Assembly (NCBI GenBank): GCA_973895155.1 | Contig: OZ316896.1 | Location: 21,637,150 to 21,701,149, forward strand | DNA length: 64,000 nucleotides | Direction: 5' to 3' | Origin: Marsupella aquatica | Taxonomy: Eukaryota > Plantae > Marchantiophyta | In this document: positions 48,261 through 60,964 of the stretch, piece by piece | How the letters are laid out: every line of letters begins with the position of its first letter | Position numbering within the stretch: position 1 is the stretch's first letter | Made by a program: the position numbers and the translations under genes | The notes under the pieces: model-generated | Databases searched by the model: none | What the model was told of the DNA's origin: nothing | Seen by the model: only the letters and a program-made list of their open reading frames with translations

Positions 48261-50590
48261 ATATGGGAGTGGTAGCTCTCTGAAACGGTTTCAAAATGAC
48301 TGTAAAACCCCTGCTTACATTGGTTTGATATCCATGATGAGATAGGTTCCGATGGCATGAGTATGAATTCTCCTCACATGAGGCTGAAGGAAAATTGGAT
48401 GCACATGGCAACTTCATGTTTTACACCCAAGTTTTTTAATAAATGGGCTCAAAGGTGTCATTCAGAGGTGTTAAAAAGATTATGCACTTACAATGTTCTA
48501 GCAATCAACTTTACACCTAATTCGTTCCTGATTTACACCAATGAACTTCAAAAACTGCAACATAAGCCAGCGACTGGGGGTCCAATGATACTAAGCACTT
48601 CTAGATGGTGTGAAAATTGAATTAACACTGAAATCGGAAGTGCAGTTATCACTCGTAGACATTTTGCACTACAACCAGCTTTTGTTCTCTCTAGATTTAA
48701 AGTGCAAATTACTCGACACAGAGTGCATACTTATCATTGATCACATTCTACGTACTGTACGTATGTAACAGAAAAACAAAAAAGGCAGAAACAACAGAGG
48801 TTTTTACTTGACTCGATCTGTATCAAAGTGTTGGTAGATTGAATCAAAAGAGAGATCTACGTATGAGATATGGAGCAGATTGACCGGCATTGTTCAAGAT
48901 GGCATTGTTCAAGATTCAAATTCGATCAGACACTCTTTCGACAAAAGTCATGTGGAATCTGAAATTTCTTCTACCTAAAGATCGAAGGTTTTGAAAGTAA
49001 CACAAGCGAGAGAAATTGGCATAAGTTTACAAGATATCGAACCCGAGTCAGGCTGGTTACCACCCGCTTGATACTATCAACCGAAACCCTTGCACTGAAG
49101 TAGCAGTTGCCGAAGACGGTTGCGGATTGAGCAATGAAGAATTCCGTAGCGATGGTTGACCATGAGATGCTGCAGCACAAATCGAAGCCAATCAGATTTC
49201 AATAAAAACAAATTGATTCATTTCTGTTATATATTGAAAACGATTCGAGACATTTTAGTTGAGATCTCTCCAAGCAATCTATTGCAAGACCAACTCACAT
49301 ACCTCTGTTTTCTTCTAGCTTCTGCTAAATCTGTTTTGGCAGACATCAGGCGTCCCTCTCCCTCACGCAGTCGTCTTCGTCTTCACTGATAAACAAGGGT
49401 TGTTGGAAGATATGGCGTGCAGAGCAGCAGCAGTACCCAAACTCCTCACCTCGATCACCTCTATATCGACTACGATAACAAGTTTTCTCCATAGCTATTG
49501 TGCTGATTCTAACACACCTTAGCTCCTTCCGCTCTCTGCATCCCCGGTGACTCGTTAAATTTTGTGCCCTCGTTGTATTTAGTCTGACTGGTATCCTAAG
49601 CCGATTGAAAGAGTGCAAGAGCACACACAGAGGGCAGGGGTCCATCAAGCATTCCCCATGGGATGAGGGAAAAACCCATAGTACCAGTTTCAAAGGATTC
49701 GGTGGGAGGCCATTGCGCTCTGTACCTGTTAATTTGTACTTTCTAAATTTGATTTCATGTCCAAGGCAAAGATTGGGTGGGAGGCAAAAACATCGCTCCC
49801 CTGGAGAACCTGGCGTGATGGGCCCTGTAAACCTTTTCTTACATTTAGGGAGGTGAGAGTTTTGTTAGATGTTCTTGTTATGGTGGTTTTGGTTGTTGAA
49901 TTTGGTTTGAGCAAAGGGGCAACAAATGTTCAAACCAATGTTTGAGGAGGATCTTGCCTCATGAAATGGAAGTCAAAATTATGTTTTAAAATAAATTTAA
50001 AACTTTGTTGATCGCAATAATAGTTACTAAAACATCCCCTAATTTCTTTACAGCTTAAACTATTTCGATTCTAAGATAAGAATGCAGTAAAGTGAGGGCT
50101 CAAGTCCAATAACAAGTGTCCTTACAGACCATAATGCCCAGTTTTCTGTTCCAGACGATTTTGGCCTGGCTGTAGACACTCCAGGAATTACAAATGAATT
50201 GTTTTTTTCCAGGGCTTTGAGTATATACTAAAGTCCTGTTTACTATATACTTAAAAAAGAGCTTGAGTATTGAGGGGCTATTATTGCCCATAGCACTCTG
50301 TGACAGGACCTCCATACACTTAAAGACCTAAGAGATTTATTTATACTAATTTTTGCCTTTCTCAGATTTTAGTAAAAGTAGAGGAGAATTTTCATAATGA
50401 GCCTACCCGAGTCTTTGACTGTAAAATTCTTCTCCAAGTATGTCCTGCAAATTACAAAGAGAAAATCTTAAAGAGCATTATGTTGCTGGGAAAATTCATG
50501 TGTGTGTAACTCTTCAACATTGTGTACATCCTATCTGCATAGGATTGCAGGGATTGACTCACAATTCAATTTATATTGGGTTAAGTACGT

Positions 50591-50810
50591 TCATTCTGCA
50601 TGTCCCATGCCGAATAGGGAATTATAGCAAAGGTATCATCACGTATGACGCTTGTGAGAATCTGCTCCTGGAAGTAGAGGAACCAGCGGTGGAATGGAAA
50701 AAATAGCCAACAAAAGTCAGTGTACCTCTAAGGTAGTATTCCGTTGTTGTACCCTCCTGAACAATAGGCACAATGGATCTTCGACTGCGCTTCAAAGGAG
50801 CGAGGGTCTT
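50591..50810 (-). pseudogene. Polyphenol oxidase remnant (CuA region)
   Basis: Closely similar to ~62124-62343; encodes PRSFEAQSKIHCAYCSG and [13 protein letters not shown]. Confidence 0.85.
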
Positions 50811-52076
50811 GCAGCTAGTGCCAGAATCTTGTCGAAGCGAGCTTTTGGTAGCATCGTTATCGTTGCTTCGCTCAGCACCATTAGCTTTCATTTGAATTGA
50901 CAAGCAAAGGTCCAACGTATGTGGGTAGTAGCACTAACAATTTTTTCCTCGCCACTCTTTGTTTTCCTCAACCTGGAACAGAGAACCAACATTGATTCAC
51001 ACCATTCATTGTCACTGCGCTCTGCACTTTTATGACAAAAATCTGATTTATACAAAGAGGACCAAACACTTGGATGGTACCGCAGTAGAAGTTGGTAGAC
51101 ACACTGCTCGGGTGGCAAAGCGCAGGCAATATATAGAGAAACTTACAGGAGTGTAACAGGGCTTCTAAGACTAGTGTAGTGTCTCTGAATTTCAAAAATG
51201 TAGGAGAAATGCTGGTCACGGTCAAACCAAACCAGTCGAGAAACATGTGGTCCTAGAATCAAATCACCTGTGATGATATATATACCTGGAACGATTGGTC
51301 TCTGTCGGGATATAGCTTACGGGGAAGGGCGAGGCGAAGTGGTGGCCTCGAACCTTTTAGCCCCCACCCCACCTACGAAGCTTGAGCTGAGCTGATCTGA
51401 TCCTCTCCTCCCACTTGACTGTCGGGACACAACTTTCAATGTGCTTGCCTTTCAAGTGTCGTACTGCAGTGTCGCCTGTGGATGAGGCTCGTGCTCGTGC
51501 TTCAAGAGATCCCTCTACTCTACTGTACACGTGCTTTTGTTTCAAAGCTTTGTAGACTGTTGCACTTTCACTCAGATCGTTGAGCTTTCCACGATGATTC
51601 CACAAGATCTCCAATGTAACTGGATTTGGGTACTATCTCGAGTAAACACTATTTTTTAAAGTTTGCTAGCAGTCAGGCTCAATAACCAGTGCGACAACAT
51701 TCTTTTTTCAGTCGGGTTTGCGCACATAATAAGTAGAATTCTTATGGGGTTTGTATTTATGTAGCCCGTAACTTCTTGCATCCTAGCCATAACACAGTTT
51801 TATGGACTTGGCCGCATCTCATTTATGGCGCTGTCTCGACTCACCCGAATATGACATTCGACCTTGAATGTGAGTTTTCTTGGTCCCATCGTTCATCTCA
51901 ATCAATGATATAAACTCGTCCGTGGACCCGTTGGGAGAACCACTTCCTCCATCCTCAGGGCAGCTCTGTACTCGATTTTGCGAACAGACTGCTGTTTCAG
52001 GTGGTGGAAGTGGGATCAGCAGAGGTCTGCATCATTACTCTGGATCTGAGAGATCGCTTAGAGAGGCCTTTTTCAC

Positions 52077-54883
52077 ATGGCGACCAGCGTGTCTCCGGAT
52101 AACTTTGTCCCGGACGACGTGGTGCTGGACTGGTTGAATGCACTCTATGCCGGAAATTTGGTGCAGCTGGAAGAATTACTGAAAGCCCATAATGATCTCT
52201 GGCAATACGGCCCGGGAAACGACCCTTTCAAGACAGTCAAGCGGACAGTCAAGCGCGGGAATGTCGATGTCCTGGAGACATCGCCATGGGAAGGGTCCAG
52301 TGCACTCCTTGAAGCTGCAAAATTCGGGTGTGTAGAGCTTGTCAGGAAATGGCTTGAAATATGCGAAGTATCCCGGATCAGCAGACGTTACTCAACCGTG
52401 GATCAGGAAGGTCAATCCCTCTCCATGACACAAGAGAGAAACGTGGAGTCGACTTCAGATGAGAGCGGGGTTGCTGATCCTGGTCGGGAAGATGCTGCGT
52501 TCGAAGTGGACCAAATGAACGACGGGAAGCTTGCAGAAGTAGCACAGAAGGATGGGTCGGCTGATGCACGTCTAGGTGCAAAATTTTGGAAGGCTCTGTG
52601 GACGGACCCTAAGCGAAGTGTCGAACTCATATCCACCAAAGGACGCCGCACCACGGGGGAAGACAATGCTGGCACTGACACGGATGAGGAGAATGGTGGC
52701 CAAACTCACTCAGACGACGTACGAGATGTGCTGCTTGCGACGAGCGGCTGGTGGCGAGTGGACGCAATTACAATCGCAGTAATTTGCGGAAGTAACGAGG
52801 TCCTCGGTCTTCTCGTTCGCGCTTTGGGACCGATCGCGGAGATATTGTCCAAGGTTCTCCCGGTAGCGGAGATATGGTCCGGCTAAAAGAAGCAACAAGG
52901 GAAGTCCTCGCTCAGCCTGCTTGCAAGGAGTGCGAGCAAAAGTACTTACGCGACCCATATTTCAGTCTCCTCCCCATAGAGGAATACTTCTTTCACTTTA
53001 TGTGTCAACAGCCGAAAAATAACGAGTTTTGGCCCTCCAGATTGGCCATGCGGAGGAAGCTAGGGTCGGAATATCGTTGGGACTTCGATCTTACCCTTAA
53101 AGATAGGCAGGGAAGACCTCCGTTCCATGCTGCAATATGGAGTGACACAACTGATGCCTTCTTTGAACTAATACAGGCGAAGACTGACCGTGTCACGAGA
53201 TCCCGCATGATACTCGCCATTAAAACACCTGACGGAGCTGGAAGGTCTCCTGTACACGTCGCCGCCGCTCTAGGTAGAAGATCTGCAATTAAAACGATTC
53301 TTGACTATGCCAATAAAAGCGCTAAGGTTCGGAAGGTGGTTTATAAAATCTGTACGCAGAGATGGCACTACAAGGAGCCACACTTCTCAGGTGGTGAGAT
53401 CCCAATTGACATCAATAAGTTGTCCGACCAACTGGGCTTCGGGTATCACCATCGCCCTTACAGTGCCGTCCATGCGGCACTACTCCACGGAAACTCTGAA
53501 TGTGCGAAGCTTTTGATTGAACAATTTCCCACATTTAATTGGGGAACATATACGTATACCTGTCGCAGCATCAAGGAGATGGGTGAGGTGATTGTTGAGT
53601 TTGACACGATGCAGCTTGCGTGTTTCATGAGAGCAGACGTTTCGGTCATACGATTGCTCCTGGTATGTACCAATTTGTCAACATATGTCCGGAAGTCCTC
53701 AATTCAGTGTAGGACAGGAACATTTTTCAGAATAAAGTTTTGCATCCGAAACCTCTCTGTTCTAGCCTAATCCCCTCGCGTTTCAAACTCTGTATGTTCC
53801 TGATAGTACATTGAAGACAGTTCTTACTATAACTGGATATTGTGTTGTCTGTGGCAGGATGTTGGCGGGGATGGTGCGTATCTACGACACACAAAGTTAT
53901 CTAATGTTGACGACAGTCAGTCACCAGCAATTCATCATCCATGGCATGCGCTCCATATTGCGGCTGCATCAGGGGTTTATGAGAATTTGTACTTGTTGGT
54001 AAAGGATGACCTTTTTGCACTCAAAGACTTCGAAGGGAACACTGCACTTCATCATGCTTTAAGAATACGAGAATTTGGATTTCAGACTCACTTGGTAGAT
54101 CATTTCAAGTTAGAACGTGTTCGTGACGAGATGCTTTCACATACTTTGGCTAGCAAGGCCAACGAGCTTCAGGGTTCGGACCAGCATACTGAAGACAGGC
54201 AAGAATGTATTGAACTTTTGTTGCAAAGTGGATGTGATATTTTTGCGGAAAATCTCTTCAAGAGAGTTCCTTGTCCGGGAATAGTCTTGGCAAGCAATGG
54301 AAAACTCATGTCGTTTTGGTCTGCAACACGAACCCAAGCGTTGCAAGCGGCCAAATATGAGTGCGTCAGTGCTGCAAATGCAATATCTGTCACTGCAGCA
54401 TTGGTGGCAACAACATCATACGTGGGCCCATTACAACCTCCTTTGAGTTACGGAGATCATGGGATCCATGATAACAATGTGTGGGTCATTATTTTCATGG
54501 TCTGTGACACAACGTCATTCTATTTGGCCATCGCTGCAATCACAATTTCGTTGATTCCATCCCTTCCAGCGGCACGGCAAGCTCTGGAGCGAAAGCCATA
54601 TACAGGTCGAAATATGGTATCACTATCTGTGTCAATTTTATTCCCAGCGATAGTTTTGTTATTTATGGCATTTGCTTGTAGTTCTCTTTCAGTGGCAAGT
54701 GCCAACGTTACCTCAACAGTGGCAGGACAGTTGACACTTGCTACAACTTTTGTCGGAGGACTTGTATGTCTGCTAGCGTCCATTCTGTTCACCATCAGAC
54801 TCTTCCGATTTATTCTTCCTGAGAGTGGTGGTTACCTTTCAAACTTGGACGACTGGACGAAGTTTAAACTATTTAACTCTTAA
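52077..54883 (+). pseudogene. Ankyrin-repeat + PGG protein, copy 3; frameshift/deletion near 52830-52880, intron 53663-53857
   Basis: ORFs 52077..52886 and 52874..53770 are in different frames but both align to copy 1; exon 2 (53858-54883) is intact. Confidence 0.82.
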
Positions 54884-56519
54884 TAAAAATGTGAGTGCGA
54901 GCACTCTGAAACGGTTTCGAAACGATAGTAAAACCTCTGCTTACATTGTTTTGGTATCCGTGAGTCAGGTTCCGATGGGATCAAGTATGAATTTCTCCTC
55001 ACATAACCCACCTGAAGAAAGATGGATAGGTCATCTCAGATATATGAATATTGCATATCATATCATTTAGAGGGTCATCCCGTTCGTTCTCCTATCTTTC
55101 CGATAATCCGATAATCCCAGTGTATATCAATACCCACGGCGGTTTCTCTCATTGTGGTTTCCCTAATTGTATAGAAAAGCGTATGTCGTCCCTGCCATAG
55201 CTTCAGGCTTCCCTCGACTTCCCTGCTGGATGCATCGCGGTGTCTGTTCTCTGGAAGATCTAGATACAAAATTCCCCAAGTTCCCACTCCAAAATGCATG
55301 GATGAGCAGTTCACAGACCATAATGTATCGGCCAAACAACCTAATGTGGGTACTTCCTCTTTCCATAAGTGCATATCACGGCCATTACTGTCTCTTCGCA
55401 TGTTTTCAAGAATGGACTGAAATTCATGAGGGTCAAGGAGTGTGACAGGGAATACCCTGTTCTCGTCTCTGCTGGACCTGATTGAATTCCGTCCAATTGC
55501 AACTTGTCACTTGCCTCAATGAGAAGCAAGCTAGGGATTAAGCGCCTTTGTTTGGTTGTTTCTCAGCCGTATCTCCGCTCTCGGTCACCATGAGGCGGGG
55601 CTGTGTCCCGGGCCCACCCACCGCTGCTGCCCAAGCCCACCGTCCCACAACGCTCCGGGCCTCACCTTCTTGATGCACGACATGTGCTCGTGATCGTATG
55701 CTAGTCTTGGGCTCCCTCTCCTGTGCTTATCTTATGAAGGACTCAACAATTTCACAAAGAGATTTAAATTTTTGCACGAATGTTTAGGAATTGCATCCTG
55801 CCAGTTATGTTGTCCCTTCGTCCTCCGTGGCGGATGCATCAAGGTTGTCGTCCTCCCGTCTGCCTCCATGTCCAGTGCTCAATAGGTAAGGAGAAGTTGT
55901 AGCATAAAGCCTGCAGCTCGATGCAGGTTCTCACCATGTCTTCACTCCACTTTCTTGATGTCTGAAGTTTGTGTACTAATTGAAGTGACAAAGGACCCAT
56001 CAATCTTGTAGCTATCCAAAGTTGTCGTGTTATGTGAAGGGATATCTGCAATCTAGACTCCAAGGTGATCAGCCGCTGACAATTCTTGAAGCTATATCTC
56101 TTGCTTGGTTGCTTTGTGTTGATGCTTTGTTGCTTTTATGACGTTCTTTCATTCAGGAGTGTGATATGTATAAGGACATTGAGTTACGCTGTGAGAAGGC
56201 AGAGTGAGGAATTTGAGATTGTCGATTAGTCCCATGGTCTCTTGGGTGGGTTTGACAGGAGAGCAGAGGAAACAAGAGGAGATTTCTCATTTTTAGTTAC
56301 ATACACCATGATACGGGGATGAAGCTCTTGGAGTTATCTCCCATACGATCCTCACCACTCATATAGATTCCTATACATTATTCAAAGCCACTATACAACA
56401 ATGGCTTCCTTTTCTTACATCTCTCGTGAGAAAATCTGTCATACGTACTATGATTCATTTTTTTCTGAGATGTCTCCTGAGAAAACCGGTGACAGAATTA
56501 TTTGTTACTTCTCTTAGGT

Positions 56520-57030
56520 ACCTTGAGAGATATAAGGAAAGTCTCTCGATGCAGGTTCTCACCATGAGACAAGACTTTCCTGATATCCAACTACATAGAT
56601 ATAAGGAAAGTATCAAGCTTCAGGTTCTCACCATGAGAGAGATATAAGGCAGCTCGATATAAGCAGGTTCTCACCACTCTGTCGTTTCAAACGAGACAAG
56701 ACTTTCCTTACATCTCTGCTGAGTAATTCAATTAGTACGTGAGACAAGACTTTCATTAGATCTCTCTTGAGAAATCAGAGCGACATTTTATCTGTGTAGC
56801 CCAAATTGGTTATCATCCAGTCCAAGCCAATGTCACCAGCTTATGCCAAGAGCAATGTTGTGAGAAATGTTGGTTTTCCTTCAGATTTATCACTGTCCAA
56901 TTCTACCAACATTTGCAACCATTTGTAATGCCTTCTTGGCTATGGCTGCCAAAGTCGGAGTAGTAGTTGTGCTTCATCGCGGGGACTCATTCTTGGCTAT
57001 GGCCGCCAAAGTCGGAGTAGTAGTTGACAT
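56520..57030. repeat. Short dispersed direct repeats
   Basis: caggttctcacca.. x3, gagacaagacttt x3, and ttcttggctatggc(t/c)gccaaagtcggagtagtagttg x2. Confidence 0.6.
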
Positions 57031-57072
57031 AATCAATTAATGATGTGTTTGGTTGTGATGATTTATGACCCT

Positions 57073-57657
57073 TCACATAGTATGTGAAAAACTTAACTTC
57101 TTTATCATTTGTCTTTTTATGTAGTGAAGGCATACACTCCTAAAGGGCAACCAAATATCCACATCCCTAAACTTATTTCCTAGATAATAAGAACCTTCAT
57201 ACAATAATGGCTCTTGGAGTATTACCTCAAACCACCTCATGAGATCAATGGTGTGCTGAGTTGGGTCTGGATCCAAGGTCTGTGTTATGGCTACACCGGA
57301 TGGACCTCCCTGGTCAACAGGTGCCTCATGCACAAAAGCCTCTTGCAAGGTAAATGCTGCCTCCGCTGCACGCCACCTGCTCAAGTGCTTGATGCGCTCA
57401 CATGACATGTCTAGTAACCAGGGAAAATTTGTGACATGTGTCGTGTCACGATCATCGCCCAATAAGAGCCTCAACTCCTCCCACTCATCCCATTTCTCAA
57501 GTGGGACCCGGATTGCAGGCTTGGCATCTGGTTTGCTTCTCTTTTTGTAATCTATGACATCACTAGGATACTTTGGTCTTTGAGGACCACCACCCCGAGG
57601 AGGATGTCTATGACGGGCAGTAGGAAGGTCAGACAGGTGGCTTACCCCCCGGCTCAC
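57073..57657 (-). other. Possible degenerate TE-derived ORF (194 aa)
   Basis: Unusually long ORF with IRVPLEKWDEWEELRLLLG..WLLD, near a GC-rich block (58620-58960); no catalytic motif seen. Confidence 0.25.
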
Positions 57658-60600
57658 CAGGAGTACTAACTCATAGTTTCACTACCTAAAAAGAAAGAAA
57701 CAGCAAAATGAAGACCAAATGCCAAGCCCCTCCAATGACTAAGGAAACAAAGAGCAAAACATATGTATGAAATGGTCCCTAACTAATCCAATGTGCAACC
57801 TATCTCATTGCACAAATGAACTAATGGTCTTGAAATTCTTGATTTATGATCCATACGCCACCCTCACCACTGGACACTAGTCTCCCATAATTGAGTTTCA
57901 TAAAATGCCTCAGATCATTGGGAGGTGTTGGATTTCAGATCCAAGGGCCCTAGTAATGTACCATACCCAACCATCGCACATGATTTATTTTTCACAATCA
58001 CCTTATGGTGTGCAGAAGGCATTTTAGGGTCGTTGGATTGATCATTGGACGACCCAAATCTTGCACTATGGTAAGATCCTGAGGAACTCTGCAAGTAAAG
58101 GTAGGGTCATGGTAAAAGTGGTCAAAGTCAAGGCCCAAGCTCAAGACCCCCTCTATACCAGCCAGATACCCCAACCACCAAGCCATTGAGGTTGAGTACT
58201 AAGTCAAATTCTAAATTATACTAGAACACAAATTAAGATTTTGGTGGGGTCGTGCTGACACTGCTGCCCTGAACGCTGCCCAACTAATTCAATATTCAAA
58301 AATATATCCTGGACCAATCAGAATTCAGGGAAATTGAATTGGTCAGTCTGGGCTTATTTGGGCTCAAAACTTTCTGCAATTTTTTCCAATCGTAGATCTC
58401 CTCGAAATCTTTCAGCCGATCCCAAGGTCTCATTGAACGGTGCAATATCTGCGTCAAGGCAAGTAAAAATTGCATGGCCCGAAAGAGGTGCATTGTCCCA
58501 GAAAGAGGCCTGACACTTGATTCAGTTCATTAATGCTGGCTCTGGGATACCCAGAGTTCTTTATACTAGGATTTGCGGTTTAAGTGTACCACTTGAGCTA
58601 ATTTCTAACTTTCCCGAACTTTGTCTTGACCTGGTCCCGGGGTCCCAGACTCCCCCAGACTCCCCTGGTCTAGCAAGGGCGTTCCACCGGACCGGGGCCG
58701 GGGTCAGGGCGGGCCGGGCCAGTCGAGGTCGATCAGGTGTGGGCCGGGGTTGAAAATGGTGGGGGCGGGGTAGGGGTAGGTAAAAAATGGTCGGGATCGG
58801 GGCCAGTCCCGGTCTAACATGGTCGTGGCGGGGTTGGGTATGAGGACGGCAGGGTGGGTGGGACCGAGGAAGGTCGGGACCAGGCCGGGAGAAAGGTCAG
58901 GGAGTATCGTGTGCCAGGATGACAGTTTGACGGGGTCGAGACCCCCAATATGCCCGTCAAGGCCAAACTGGGGATTTGTGGGGACCTTCTTTAGAGCTCT
59001 CCTGGCCTTGCTGTCACTTCCGCGGTGGAATGCCCCGGGAATAATTTGGAATATGCATCAAATGGGTCATTTTTGGCCTGTCATTTGACCATTTTACGTG
59101 TAGGGCAAGGGGTAAAGTTGCCCGTCAGGTGAAAGGGGGACAAATCCCAATAGGTGAAAGATATAGCATGCTCATCCTGGAATATGCTTTACTTTTTGTC
59201 TGGTAGTGATGTGTAAGTGGATAAAATTAGAGAGTAAACTAGAATGTGAATGAGATAGAACAGTATAAGTAAAGAACATGCAAATAAAAGCACATAGTGA
59301 CCAATGAAAAGTACAATTAAATTTTATGACACAAAGATGGTACGAGTTGTGCACTTACTAATGACACACTTACTAATGACACTCATTTCAATAAAAACCA
59401 TAAATTTAGGAAAGAAAGCCATGAGGGGAACTTAAGACGGGATCTGTTGACCTTACTTAGAATCATTCCTCTCACTCATGAGAATACTTAAAAGTGGTAG
59501 AAAATGAACCCCTTGGTTTCTCTCTAGGAGATAACAAAGTTTCAAAATTAAGTGGGCTGCCCAAATATATTCAAAATACTATAGGATACCAAACTTTAAA
59601 GGGGTCCAGGAAATGAATTAAAAGTTTCTATGATACAAAGGATGCCCCTTGTTAAGGTACATTCAAATAAAAATACATGACACAAAAATATGAATAAGAC
59701 AAAATATGAAAGTTCTATTCACCTTGTAGAATAAGAAAAAACATGAAAGTTATATACACCCTATAGCAATTCCCAATAGGTGAACGAGTACTTCCAACAT
59801 TTATTTCCCCATTATAGCATACTCATCCTGGAACATGAAAAGTTATTTTGTCCTCTAGCAAAAAGTTCAAGTTTTTTATTGAAATCCAGGTGATCTAATT
59901 TTTTGGTGACAAATATAAATAGGACATTGATTAGGAAGCCTGACATTGAAAAGTTGTGCACATAAGGTACAAGAGTAAAAGTACACATGTAAAGAAAAGT
60001 AAAAAGTAATAATGAACAGGAAAAATTTAAGTCTATGGTATTGGGTTATGCACATACTATATACCACTAAAGATATTTATGTACTTATCTTAAGTTGACA
60101 CTCAAATGAATTCAAACCATAAATTTAGGACAGAAAACTATGAGTAGAACTTAAAGACATGAGGAGTGTACTTTAATTGGATCATTTCTTCTTCACTCAT
60201 CAGAATAAGGGCTAGAAATTACGTGGCCTTTAAAGGGGTGCCAGATTAAATTCAAAATCTAAAGGTATACAAGGGAATTCAAAATAAAAAGACATACAAG
60301 GGATGCACCTTGGTAAGACACATTGCATTAAAATACACAAGAAAAGAAGTTTGGATAAGACAAAATACTGGAAGATGGATTCACCATATATATATATAGA
60401 ACGCTCATCCTGGAATAATTAAGGGAACGCCATTATTTTTCCTTAACCATATTTAAGTTACCACATAGCAACTATTTATGATGGACAACCTTAGTACGGC
60501 TCCAGATTTCTCACGAGTAGTCCGACAACAGGGCCGACAACCATCACAAGAATCCACGGCGAACAGGTAGAAACAGTGTGGAAACTAACTAGTGACTCTT

Positions 60601-60964
60601 CACTGTGGGCACGAACCCAATCTCACTTCGTCCCATCATTTCAACGAATAGATTGCTGATTCTGCTAAGTTAAAGAACATTTAATCAGTAACCACTATTG
60701 GCTTGTGTAGAGACTAGTACGTAAACATTTTGTACATTAGGAATGGGGTGCTTGGATGGATAAATTGTCGGGAAGTAGGGTCACGTACACATTTCACGTG
60801 TTTAACAGACTCACTTCGAAGCCAAATGTTCAATCGATGACTCTAGTAAGTGGAAAGCAAGATATTCCCTACACTACTTCCTTCGTACTTCGATATGAAA
60901 ATGGCCCGAGAAAGGAGTCACGCATCATAGCTGAGGACGAACTCTTTCAAATGTTCCTTTAAGA

